Assembly: GCA_038245295.1 (NCBI GenBank)
Contig: JBBRSP010000001.1
Location: forward strand, 160,001 to 224,000
Direction: 5' to 3'
DNA: 64,000 bases
DNA from: Candidatus Binatia bacterium
GTDB lineage: Bacteria > Desulfobacterota > Binatia > HRBIN30
Made by a program: the position numbers and the translations under genes. Below the pieces are notes generated by a model that ran no database searches, was not told the origin of the DNA, and was given only the letters and a program-made list of their open reading frames with translations. Below are positions 11,851-20,908 of this stretch, piece by piece; the first letter of the stretch is position 1; each line of letters begins with the position of its first letter.

Positions 11851-13491
11851 CTACCGGGACGGGCGTTTCTGCGGAACTCCAGCGAGCCAGGGCACGAACA
11901 GCAGAAGACCGCACCCGACCAGTGCTGTTGGTGGCAGCCAGTTTCCCCAACGTAACATGATGGTGCCCGCATCGGCCGTCAACGCTACCGGCGCGATGAG
12001 AACACCTGTCTCACCGACCGCCAGGGTGTCGGTGATGTCGCCGGTGGCGGTGATAGCCGCTGAGATACCAGTATTGGTCGATCGGACTTGAGACAGGTGG
12101 GTCTCGATGCTGCGAAAGGCCGCCATGATCAAGTGCAGCCGCGGCGCGATGCCGGCGGCGAACCACGAGTCGTTGGACAAGGTGACGATCATGTCCGCAC
12201 CTTTGCGGGCGGAGGTGAGAGCGAGGTCGGGATCGAGTGCGTCGTAACAAATCATCGGCGCCACATGCACCTTGCGGCCATCCGCCAGCGTGACCGCAAC
12301 CGGCTCGGGCGGCGGCCCCGGCGTCCAGGTTCCCATCCACGGAAACAATTTGCGCACGAGCGGCGTGTCGAAGAGTGCGGGGACTCGCTCGGTGAACGGA
12401 AAGAGGAGCGCCTTGCGATACATGTCGAAGCCGATCTTTCCGCCGGCGTCGGCAGCCAGGAACACGGCCGCGTTGTACTGCTTGCCAGCCTCGGCATCGT
12501 ACGATCCGAAAATGAACGGCCGTCCCGATGCGGCGACGAAGTGGGCAATCTCCTGATCGAAGGCGGCACCGTCGGCGCTCTTGGGTGTGCCGAACGTCGT
12601 CGGGTAAACGGTTTCCGGCCACACGATCAGGTCGGGGTTGGAGTCCGTGATGGCTTGCGACGACAGGCGATAGTGAGCCTCGAGGATGTAGCGCACGCCG
12701 TCGAAGGTTCCGAGCTGTTTGGCGATCTGCTCGTAGTTGCTGATGTTGGCCTGGACCGCCGCGACCTTCACGGTTGTCGCATGCGCCGCTAGGTCGTCGA
12801 TCTGGCGGCAGCGGAGGACGCCGTAGCCGAGGAGTGCGAGTGGGAGCACTATGACCGCCAGTGCGGAGGGTAGGGCCTGCCGCAGCCGTAACGCCAACGG
12901 TTGGCTTTGGGCCAGCGTGCGCCAGGAGGCGAGCACACACTCGTTGACGATCAGGATGACGAAGGTGAGGCCGGCACTGCCGGTGATGTCGGCGGCTTGT
13001 CGCATCAGCCTGGAGCCGTAGAGTCCGTACCCGAAGGTGACGGTGAACAGTTTGGGTAGCGCCCACTCGGCTGCCACGTACGAGCAGGCTGCCGTGACGG
13101 TCACGTACCAGAAGCGCGTCGCCGTGCTGCCTGCCCGATGCGCCGCGAGGTTGCGCGCCAGATGCCGCACGGCGGCGAAGATGAAGAATTGCGGCTCGAG
13201 AATGGGGGCAAGCAGGACGATCGCGAGGAACGCCATCGCCCGCGACACGCCCGTGTAGATCTGGATCGTATCGGCGAACCAGCCGAACAGAATGGTCACG
13301 AAGGCGAGGTTCATCACGAGAGCTCGCACCAGGGCACCGCGCCACGAGCGGGCCTCGTCCAGTGCGGCCAGCCACGGCACCAGCGCTACCCAGCCAAACC
13401 AGCACCACGGCGAGTCGATGCGCGAATAAAGACTGATGAGCAGCAGGCTGCCGGCGACGCCGCCCAGAGTAGTGAGGATCGCCCGCTTCAC
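11851..13491 (-). CDS. lnt: Apolipoprotein N-acyltransferase (Lnt family)
   Basis: N-terminal TMs; nitrilase-fold triad WPET, YRK..FPFTE, ICYD; SNDSWF and RSTNTGIS motifs. Confidence 0.92.
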   Translation of the reverse strand: MKRAILTTLGGVAGSLLLISLYSRIDSPWCWFGWVALVPWLAALDEARSWRGALVRALVMNLAFVTILFGWFADTIQIYTGVSRAMAFLAIVLLAPILEPQFFIFAAVRHLARNLAAHRAGSTATRFWYVTVTAACSYVAAEWALPKLFTVTFGYGLYGSRLMRQAADITGSAGLTFVILIVNECVLASWRTLAQSQPLALRLRQALPSALAVIVLPLALLGYGVLRCRQIDDLAAHATTVKVAAVQANISNYEQIAKQLGTFDGVRYILEAHYRLSSQAITDSNPDLIVWPETVYPTTFGTPKSADGAAFDQEIAHFVAASGRPFIFGSYDAEAGKQYNAAVFLAADAGGKIGFDMYRKALLFPFTERVPALFDTPLVRKLFPWMGTWTPGPPPEPVAVTLADGRKVHVAPMICYDALDPDLALTSARKGADMIVTLSNDSWFAAGIAPRLHLIMAAFRSIETHLSQVRSTNTGISAAITATGDITDTLAVGETGVLIAPVALTADAGTIMLRWGNWLPPTALVGCGLLLFVPWLAGVPQKRPSR

Positions 13492-13501
13492 GGCTGTCTG
13501 C

Positions 13502-14023
13502 TCACGGCAGACCCTTTGTAGGAGGCGTTGGATAGCCGACTGTCGGTACGACGAGCCTTTCGATCGGCAAGCCCGGCGGCGCCATCGCGGCGGGAACGAC
13601 GCGATCTTCGGGGATCACGATCGGAGTGCCGTGCTCGTCGACGACGTCGTAGTCAGGGTGGAACATGAGGATGGCGCGCAGCGACTGACCGTCGTCCGTG
13701 GTCTGGTAGTGACGCACATATCCCGCCGGTAGCTCGAAGTCTTCCGGGACAACGATGCCTGGTTTGGGCGGGTTGGTCCCGGGGGGCGGAAACAGGTGGA
13801 TACCGCTGCCGACCGGAGGATTTGCGCCTTGCGGTTTTGCCGATGCCGGTCCGGCCGCCTCACCTGCGGGTTGCTGTTCTGTCGGGGGCGACTTGATCAC
13901 GAGGCGCGGATGACGCGTGTTGTCGGTCGCCGGCTGCTGTGCGTCGTCGGCGTGCACGCCCGGGACGGTCAGCACGCTGGCCAGCAGCGTGAGGATCATC
14001 GGCCAACGGCTCGTCTTTGCCAT
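13502..14023 (-). CDS. Secreted protein, paralogue of 10993-11793
   Basis: AAGGA RBS; signal peptide ending VHA; shared FPPPGTNPPKPGIVVP..YVRHYQTTDDG..FHPDY domain. Confidence 0.8.
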   Translation of the reverse strand: MAKTSRWPMILTLLASVLTVPGVHADDAQQPATDNTRHPRLVIKSPPTEQQPAGEAAGPASAKPQGANPPVGSGIHLFPPPGTNPPKPGIVVPEDFELPAGYVRHYQTTDDGQSLRAILMFHPDYDVVDEHGTPIVIPEDRVVPAAMAPPGLPIERLVVPTVGYPTPPTKGLP

Positions 14024-14419
14024 GTTCCTTCGGTTCGCATCAACGATTGCTCGTTTCAATCTATCCCGCGCTGAACTTTAGCTCGGCCCGCAGGCGCGCG
14101 TCGGGAGCTGAGCTTCCACCACGATCAAAGGAACGAGAGTCGAGACAATCTTTTGGTGGGTGACGCCGCCCACAGAGCAATGCCTGGCTTGGCTGGAAGA
14201 GATGATGGATCTGGCGGCCCATCGCCGTCCCGGAAAGAGTACAACCGATCTCGACAAGGCCCGCTGACCGCCAAATCGGGCGTTTATCCGGCTTACCAAC
14301 AGGGGCAGCAGTGGTACGCGCACGGCGCGATATGAAGCTCGCGCGCCGCGCCCCGCCGATCACCCGGCAAGCCGGGCGACACTCGCAGGTCGACGACGAT
14401 TCGGGTAGGGATCGGCGGT

Positions 14420-15088
14420 GTGCCAACCAAGGTGACACGGAAGTCAAAAGCGCCGAACGCCTCGATGCCTGCGCCGCGGCGCGGCAAGCGCGATGGTGCG
14501 GCGCGTGATCGTCTGCTGCGTCTGGCGCAGGGCCAGTTCGCGCGCCGCGGGTATGGCGCGACGTCGATGCGCCAGGTCGCCGCCGCGGCGGGCATCCAGG
14601 CGGCGAGTCTGTATCATCACTGGCCCTCGAAGGAGGCGCTGTACGCGGCTGTCGTCGAAGATGTGAACGCGCAACTACGCGTCATCGTGCGCGATGCGCT
14701 GGCGGTCGACGCGCCTCTCGAGGAGCAGCTGCGCGGCGCCGTTTCTAAGGTGTTTGGCTTCTTTCTCGATCAGCCCAACGCCGCGCGCCTCAACTTGCGA
14801 ACCATCCTTGGTGACGAACAACGGGATCGCCGCACCGCGCCAAAGAGTGATGGACGTTGGCTCGGCCTGGTCGAAGGTTTCCTGCAGCCGTTGGTGGCCC
14901 GGCGGCAGATCAAGCAGATCGATCTGACGCGCTTCCTTATTTCCGCATCAGCCGTCATCACCGTGCACGCGGTGGCGTTCCACGACGCGCAGAGCGTTTA
15001 TGGCCGCGAGATTTCCGGACCGAAGAGTGCCAAGGAGACTACCGATCACGTCGCCGAGGTGATCCTGCGTATCCTTGGGCTCGGATAG
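14420..15088 (+). CDS. TetR/AcrR family transcriptional regulator
   Basis: FARRGYGATSMRQVAAAAGIQAASLYHHWPSKEAL helix-turn-helix. Confidence 0.95.
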   Translation: MPTKVTRKSKAPNASMPAPRRGKRDGAARDRLLRLAQGQFARRGYGATSMRQVAAAAGIQAASLYHHWPSKEALYAAVVEDVNAQLRVIVRDALAVDAPLEEQLRGAVSKVFGFFLDQPNAARLNLRTILGDEQRDRRTAPKSDGRWLGLVEGFLQPLVARRQIKQIDLTRFLISASAVITVHAVAFHDAQSVYGREISGPKSAKETTDHVAEVILRILGLG

Positions 15089-15124
15089 CGCCGGCTGGTT
15101 ACCCCGATCGCGACGCATCATGAC

Positions 15125-15270
15125 GATCGACCAGGGCGGCTGCGCCCGGTATTGGTGAACCTGATCGGTAAGGCGATCAAGTTCACGGCCGCCGGGGAGG
15201 TAACCCTCGAGGCGGAGCCTTCCCAATCGAGGCGAATGGGATTGGTCGACTTCGGCAGGAATGGGAATTC
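15125..15270 (+). pseudogene. Decayed fragment of a sensor histidine kinase ATPase domain
   Basis: Reads PGRLRPVLVNLIGKAIKFTAAGEVTLEAE (N-box consensus RLRQVLxNLxGNAIKFT); GMGI follows in another frame. Confidence 0.65.
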
Positions 15271-15419
15271 GCGGAGATCGTTGGGTGGCATGCGACCCAG
15301 GCCAAGTCAGGCACAGCCGTTGCTGTAACGAGGGATGGGAGAAAGGGACCCGAAGGGTCCTGTCGAGAAGGCGGACTGCGCCATCGACCGTGCAACCGAA
15401 TAATAAAGGAGGTGTGATC

Positions 15420-15608
15420 ATGGCCACTGGGAGAGCAAAGAAACTGAAGGGTCGCGTGAAGGAAGCCGCCGGGGCTTTGACCGGCGACAAGAAGTTGAAA
15501 CAGGAAGGGATCGCCGATCAGTTCATCGGCGGCATCAAACAGCTGTTCGAAGGCATCATCGAGATGGTGGAGAACGCCTTCGACTGGGTCAAAGGACTGC
15601 TCGCGTAG
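15420..15608 (+). CDS. CsbD-like general stress protein
   Basis: AAAGGAGGT RBS; KGRVKEAAGALTGDKKLKQEG motif. Confidence 0.85.
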   Translation: MATGRAKKLKGRVKEAAGALTGDKKLKQEGIADQFIGGIKQLFEGIIEMVENAFDWVKGLLA

Positions 15609-15611
15609 CGG

Positions 15612-16046
15612 GTGATCCGGCACACCCTAATCCGGGCGAGGAGAGCCGTGACAGATCCAGACGCATCCGCAACTCATTTCGACAGCACTGACAAGCCAGG
15701 AGCCAGCGCCGAGCCGTCTGTAACGTCGTCGCTCGAGCGTTTGGTGGCCGGTAGCCAGGGCGTGATCGCCAAGCAGATCGACCTGGCACTCCTCGAAGGG
15801 CAAGAGATGATGTCGCGCACTCTGCAACGCGCGGCACTGGTTGCTGCGGCCACGCTCCTCGCCGTGGTCGCATGGCTTGCCGCGGCGGTTAGCTTGGTAG
15901 AGCTCGCCGCCGCGGATGCCAGTGTGGTCACCCGTTTGGCACTGTTCGCTTTGCTCAACGGAGGCGCGGCGATCGGGCTCGTTCTGCTTGCCAGGCGCGC
16001 ACAACTCGAGCTCGAGGCACCTGCAAACACAACCAAAGAATCGTGA
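15612..16046 (+). CDS. Two-TM protein, YqjE/holin-X-like
   Basis: LIAKQIDLALLE-type helix followed by 2 TM; operon context. Confidence 0.6.
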   Translation: MIRHTLIRARRAVTDPDASATHFDSTDKPGASAEPSVTSSLERLVAGSQGVIAKQIDLALLEGQEMMSRTLQRAALVAAATLLAVVAWLAAAVSLVELAAADASVVTRLALFALLNGGAAIGLVLLARRAQLELEAPANTTKES

Positions 16047-16294
16047 CGAAAGCAGCCGCCATGGAAACGTTCGCCGAACAACGTGAGCATCTCCTGCAGT
16101 CGATCGAGGACTGCCAGAATGAAGTCAGCGTCGCCATGCACGAGCTGACCGGGATCGCTGAAGCAAAACTCGACCTGGGCGCGCAGGCCCGCGCCCTGAT
16201 TCGACAGCGACCGGTGGTTGCGGTCTTGGCGGCCGTGGGTGTCGGGTATCTCCTCGGCCATCTGGTGTCGCGCGCCTCGAGGAGAGCAACATGA
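16043..16294 (+). CDS. Small tail-anchored protein (DUF3618/YqjK/DUF883-like)
   Basis: RQRPVVAVLAAVGVGYLLG tail; overlaps both neighbours. Confidence 0.6.
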   Translation: MTKAAAMETFAEQREHLLQSIEDCQNEVSVAMHELTGIAEAKLDLGAQARALIRQRPVVAVLAAVGVGYLLGHLVSRASRRAT

Positions 16295-16665
16295 TCCACT
16301 CCGGCAATTCATCGCCACCGCACGCCGCGCCGCGGTCGATGGGGGATCATGGTCGAGAGATCTACGACGATGCGCAAGCCCTGAGGAATGCGGTGGGCAC
16401 TGCGGCCGATGACTTGAAATACTACCTCACCGATCAAGCGAGCCGACGGCCGTACCGTACGCTGGGGGTCGCGGCGGGGGTTGGGTTCGTTCTCGGCGGC
16501 GGACTGCGTTCGCGGTTGACCTCGGTGTTTCTGGGCGCGGCGACGAAAGTGGCCGTGAGCATGGCGGCACGCGAGATTGCGGCTCGGTTGTTGTCCGAAG
16601 CCTCCACGCCCGTTCTGGGCAGAAGCCCTGAGACCGTCTCGGGGCCAGGAAAGGAACGATCATGA
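16291..16665 (+). CDS. ElaB/YqjD (DUF883)-like protein
   Basis: RPYRTLGVAAGVGFVLGG motif. Confidence 0.6.
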   Translation: MIHSGNSSPPHAAPRSMGDHGREIYDDAQALRNAVGTAADDLKYYLTDQASRRPYRTLGVAAGVGFVLGGGLRSRLTSVFLGAATKVAVSMAAREIAARLLSEASTPVLGRSPETVSGPGKERS

Positions 16666-16952
16666 AACTCGAGGACATTCTGCAGGCACTGCCTTCGAAA
16701 GAAGAGCTCGCCAGTGCGGTCGGTCTCCAGGCGCGTACCTCGGCGACGGGGGAAGTCCTCCCGGCCTTGGCCATCTTCGGTACCGGGATCATCCTGGGCG
16801 CTGGGCTGGCTCTGTTGTTCGCGCCGAAAGCCGGTCGCGAGATGCGCCAGGACATTGCGGAGAAAGTCGGGGAGCTTGGCGAACACCTAGGAGCCCAGGC
16901 GGCGCCACGGCCGGCGGCTCCGGCCGCTCAGGCTGAGCTAAAGCAAGCGTGA
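16662..16952 (+). CDS. YtxH-like protein
   Basis: GIILGAGLALLFAPKAGREMRQDI signature. Confidence 0.85.
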   Translation: MKLEDILQALPSKEELASAVGLQARTSATGEVLPALAIFGTGIILGAGLALLFAPKAGREMRQDIAEKVGELGEHLGAQAAPRPAAPAAQAELKQA

Positions 16953-17163
16953 ACTACGGGCCCGCCTGAACTTTGACTTGGCCCCGTTGCAAAACCCCTT
17001 ATTTTTCAAGCACCGGGTCGCAAAAAGGCCGAGAAACGTTGAGTTTCGGTGGCTAGGTAGGCCTACCCCAGCCCGAGATCGCGCCTCCTGGGGCTTCCTA
17101 GCGCGTCATTTTGGGGATTTCGGTGTGACGGAGCCGGATCTTGGGGCCGATAACGCGAGCCCC

Positions 17164-18624
17164 CTAGCCGTTCATTAGATACTGCAGCAGTGTCCGCACC
17201 CCGAAGCCGGTGGCGCCACGCGGGTGGCAGGGTAGGGGTTTGTCGCTCACGACGGTTGACGAGAAGTCGATGTGGGCCCACGGCACCTTGCCGACGAACT
17301 CCTTGAGGAACAAACCGCCGATGATCGTCCCGGCGCTGCCCTCGCCGGTGTTCTTGATGTCGGCGACGCTGCTGACGATATCGCTGCGGTATTCCTCGAC
17401 GAGCGGCAACTCCCACAGGTTCTCGCCGCACTCGCGTCCGGCGCCGATGAGATCCTGAACCAGCGTCGCATTGGTTCCCATGATCGCCGCATAACGCGGC
17501 CCGAGGGCGGCGCGCACGGCGGCGGTGAGTGTGGCGAGGTCGATCATGACATCGGGCTTGCCGGCGGCGGCGAACGACAAGGCGTCGGCGAGCACCAGCC
17601 GACCCTCGGCGTCGGTGTTGAGGACCTCGATCGTCTTGCCGTTGTAGGCACGCAAGACATCGCCCGGCTTGATGGCCAGCCCGTCGGGCATGTTCTCCGT
17701 GGCCGGCACGTATCCACGTACTTCGACTCCGACATTGAGGGCGCGCAGGGCGCTCATGACGGCCAACACCACACCGCCGCCGGCCATGTCGCGCTTTTGC
17801 GACTGCATGCTTTCGGCCGGCTTCAGGGACAAGCCGCCGCTGTCGAACGTGATGCCCTTACCGCATAACGCCACCACACGCGTGGCTTTGGACTTTGGTT
17901 GGTATACGAGCTCGATGAATCGCGCCGGCTGCGAGCTGCCCATCGCGACTCCGGCCAGCGCGCCCATGCCGGCCCGCTTGATGGCGGCACCGTCGAGGAT
18001 ACGCGCCTTGAGACCACCGCTGCGCGCCAAACGGCGTGCTTCCTGGGCGAGATACGTCGGTGTGACATGACCCGCCGGGAGATTGATCAAGTCACGCGCG
18101 TAACATGTCGCCGTACCGATGGTGTCGCCACGGCTGACGGCGCGGCGTGCCTCGGCCGATGCGGGAGCCAGCAGAGCAACGCTGTGCAGGCGGACGCGTC
18201 GGCTGTCCGGTGAGCTCTTGAGTTGATCAAACGAGTAGCTGCTCAAGCGCAACGCTTCGGCGAGCGTCTGTAGGTTGGCCGGTTTGATGGTCGGACCACA
18301 GACGATCGCTGCGGAAGTGGCGCGCAGTTCCTGCGCGCGCGTTACCACGGCTTGCGCCGCCCGCTGCCACGCGGCGACTCCTTGCGTATTGCCGACGCCA
18401 ACGAGGAGCACGTTCCGCGCCCGCAACGCGCCGTGTGTCTGGTACACCGCGACGTCTCCTTCGTTGCCGTGAAAGCCCTGCTGTGTCGTGGTGGCGATCA
18501 GCGTGCCTTTGAGCAGACGGTCGAGCCGCGCGATTTCGTCCGCCTTCCAGTGCGGCGGCAGGGTGAAGACCAGAAGGTCGGCGCCGCTGGCGGTCGCGGC
18601 TTGCGGACTCAGGGTGATCTTCAT
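17164..18624 (-). CDS. pepA: Leucyl aminopeptidase (M17)
   Basis: GKGITFDSGG, KRDMAG, NTDAEGRL, WAHID motifs. Confidence 0.95.
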   Translation of the reverse strand: MKITLSPQAATASGADLLVFTLPPHWKADEIARLDRLLKGTLIATTTQQGFHGNEGDVAVYQTHGALRARNVLLVGVGNTQGVAAWQRAAQAVVTRAQELRATSAAIVCGPTIKPANLQTLAEALRLSSYSFDQLKSSPDSRRVRLHSVALLAPASAEARRAVSRGDTIGTATCYARDLINLPAGHVTPTYLAQEARRLARSGGLKARILDGAAIKRAGMGALAGVAMGSSQPARFIELVYQPKSKATRVVALCGKGITFDSGGLSLKPAESMQSQKRDMAGGGVVLAVMSALRALNVGVEVRGYVPATENMPDGLAIKPGDVLRAYNGKTIEVLNTDAEGRLVLADALSFAAAGKPDVMIDLATLTAAVRAALGPRYAAIMGTNATLVQDLIGAGRECGENLWELPLVEEYRSDIVSSVADIKNTGEGSAGTIIGGLFLKEFVGKVPWAHIDFSSTVVSDKPLPCHPRGATGFGVRTLLQYLMNG

Positions 18625-18650
18625 GCTCGTCCCTCCTCGGCGTTGTCCTG

Positions 18651-18923
18651 TCAGCCGGCGTAGCGCTGCAGATATTCCAGCAACATCGTCTGCTCTTCGG
18701 CGCTCAGCGGCGGGACACCGCGGCGAGCCATCTCACCCTGCATCGCCGCAACCTTGACCTTCCACATCTCGAATTTCAGCACACTCGGCGCATACACCCG
18801 GTGACAACCGTTGCAGCGCGCGGCGTAGAGTTTGGCAGCCGGCGATTCCGGCTCAGGCAACTTGGTGGTGCAGGCGGCAAGACCGCCTACGATGAGTGCC
18901 AGAGCCAACTCTCGCCAATGCAT
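18651..18923 (-). CDS. Small lipoprotein monoheme cytochrome c
   Basis: Lipobox-like LAAC; CNGCH heme-binding motif. Confidence 0.75.
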   Translation of the reverse strand: MHWRELALALIVGGLAACTTKLPEPESPAAKLYAARCNGCHRVYAPSVLKFEMWKVKVAAMQGEMARRGVPPLSAEEQTMLLEYLQRYAG

Positions 18924-19411
18924 CAGAACGTCTCGCGGCAGAAAGCGGCCTGTCCCGGCGTCTCTTCAACGCCAACTTGCATGGCGGTCAGTCCGCGTAC
19001 GCCGTCGGTTTCGAGCTCGAGCCGAATCTCGCCGAGAAGGTACTGCGCCAACTCCTCTGCCGACGTATGGACGATCGGCAGATAGAGCGTATCGGTCTTG
19101 GGAAACCGGAACTCATCGGCCTCATAGTTGACGACGACCTGCACACCTTCCTCGCGCACCCGCAGGCAGTCGCTGTGGATCGGTACCAGCGTCTTTTCGT
19201 CGAGGCGTTTGCAGACGCGCCGCGCCACCTCTTTGACGATGCCGAAGTCGAGTACGTAACCCTGGGCTCCGAGTTGGCCTTCAACTTCCACGGAGACGCG
19301 GTAGTTGTGGCCGTGTAGTGCTTCACGAAAACCAGGATAGGCGATGAAATGGGCGGCGTTGAATTTGAGGTAGTCCTTGGTGACGTGGACTCGGAAAGCG
19401 CGGCTGCCCAT
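18923..19411 (-). CDS. 6-pyruvoyl/6-carboxy-tetrahydropterin synthase family (QueD-like)
   Basis: FNAAHF, LHGHNY, TSAEELA, VEETPG motifs. Confidence 0.9.
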   Translation of the reverse strand: MGSRAFRVHVTKDYLKFNAAHFIAYPGFREALHGHNYRVSVEVEGQLGAQGYVLDFGIVKEVARRVCKRLDEKTLVPIHSDCLRVREEGVQVVVNYEADEFRFPKTDTLYLPIVHTSAEELAQYLLGEIRLELETDGVRGLTAMQVGVEETPGQAAFCRETF

Positions 19412-19489
19412 GACCGCGCAGCCACTAGCGTTGGCATCAGCGATTGCCAAGCACTGAAGCGTGAAGAGTGAAGAGGGAGAAGGCTTGGG

Positions 19490-19807
19490 CTAGTGGAATG
19501 CGGCGGTGACTTCGAAGAACACGACGTCATCGCGGTCACAGTCATTACAAATGAGGCGTACGATACGGAAGCGGCGCTCGCCGACGTTGCGCGAGGTCTC
19601 GCCGGATTCTTTGACGGCACCCTCGCAGACCCAGCAGCGGCGCAAGGCGATTTCGGCATCGATCTCATCGAAGCGCGATACAGCGATCGGATTGTAGATG
19701 CTGGCGCCGGTGCGGGTCTCGCGGCGCTGTCGCTGGCGCCAGCGTTTGCCGGCCAGCACGGCGACGGCGGCAAGAATGGCAGCCACAAGGATGAGATTGA
19801 TGACCAT
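19490..19807 (-). CDS. Membrane-anchored small Zn-ribbon-like protein
   Basis: N-terminal TM; CWVC and CNDC pairs. Confidence 0.65.
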   Translation of the reverse strand: MVINLILVAAILAAVAVLAGKRWRQRQRRETRTGASIYNPIAVSRFDEIDAEIALRRCWVCEGAVKESGETSRNVGERRFRIVRLICNDCDRDDVVFFEVTAAFH

Positions 19808-19816
19808 CGCGGTTCA

Positions 19817-20908
19817 CTACGCAGCGTCGCTGCCGATCGCTTGACGGATATGCGACAAGCCCTGGCGCTCGACCAGTTGCCCGAGATCCTGATTGATATG
19901 ACGCGGCAGTGCCGGGCCGCCATAGATGAGGCTGGTATAGATCTGTACCAGTGAAGCGCCGGCGCGGATCTTCTCGTAGGCCTCGGCGGCACTGGCCACG
20001 CCGCCCACACCAATGATCGGCAAGCGCTCGGCGCAGCGCTTGTACAACGTGCGGATCACCTGCGTTGACAAGGTGCGCAGCGGCCTCCCACTCAAGCCGC
20101 CGGCCTCGTCGCAGGCGACGGTCAACCCGTCGCGCCGCAGCGTCGTGTTGGTAGCGATGATACCGCTGGCGCGTTCTTCCAAGGCGACGTCGACCGCGGC
20201 GGCGAGGCCGTCCTCCGACAGGTCGGGCGCCAGCTTGATCAGGATCGGACGCGGCGAGACCTCGTGGGTTCGCGCCAGTCGCTCATTCTCCTCCCGCAGC
20301 GGACCCAGCAGGGCGCGCAGCTGCGACTCGCCCTGCAAGTCGCGCAGCCCCGGTGTGTTCGGCGAGCTGACGTTGACGACGATATAGTCGGCGTGGCGGA
20401 AGAGTTTGTTGAGACTGACCAGGTAGTCGTCGACGGCGACCTCAATGGGTGTGACGCGCGACTTGCCGAGATTGAGCCCGATCGGCACCGGCGGGCGACC
20501 GGCGGCGAAGGACGTTGTCAAACGCGCGGCGACGGCGGCGGCTCCCTCGTTGTTGAATCCCATGCGATTGATGAGAGCGCCATCGGCGGGCAGCCGAAAG
20601 AGGCGCGGCCGCGGATTGCCGGGTTGCGCGTGAGCGGTGATCGTCCCGAGCTCGACGAAGCCGAAACCCAGGCGCGGCCACACATGTGGCGCGATGGCAT
20701 TCTTGTCGAGTCCGGCGGCGAGGCCCAGCGGGTTCGGAAACGACAGGCCCCAGAGCGACTGTGCCAGAGTCGGCACTGGTTTCTCTGCCCGTGTGGTGCG
20801 CTGCGCCAATCGTTGCGCCTGGCGTAGTGCTGCGAAGGCAAGGTTGTGAGCCGACTCGGCATCCAATCGGAAGAGCAGCGGACGGACGAGACGATACCAG
20901 TTGATCAC
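19817..20908 (-). CDS. pyrD: Quinone-dependent dihydroorotate dehydrogenase
   Basis: GLAAGLDKN, INRMGFNN, NVSSPNTPGLR, GGLSG motifs. Confidence 0.97.
   Translation of the reverse strand: MINWYRLVRPLLFRLDAESAHNLAFAALRQAQRLAQRTTRAEKPVPTLAQSLWGLSFPNPLGLAAGLDKNAIAPHVWPRLGFGFVELGTITAHAQPGNPRPRLFRLPADGALINRMGFNNEGAAAVAARLTTSFAAGRPPVPIGLNLGKSRVTPIEVAVDDYLVSLNKLFRHADYIVVNVSSPNTPGLRDLQGESQLRALLGPLREENERLARTHEVSPRPILIKLAPDLSEDGLAAAVDVALEERASGIIATNTTLRRDGLTVACDEAGGLSGRPLRTLSTQVIRTLYKRCAERLPIIGVGGVASAAEAYEKIRAGASLVQIYTSLIYGGPALPRHINQDLGQLVERQGLSHIRQAIGSDAA

Noticed and set aside
14060..14420. Short ORFs or a riboswitch between the secreted protein and TetR
   Set aside because: No coding signal or recognisable RNA motif; likely a divergent promoter region
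15612..16046. Phage holin indicating a prophage
   Set aside because: The holin-X/YqjE-like gene sits in a stress-protein operon with no endolysin or virion genes
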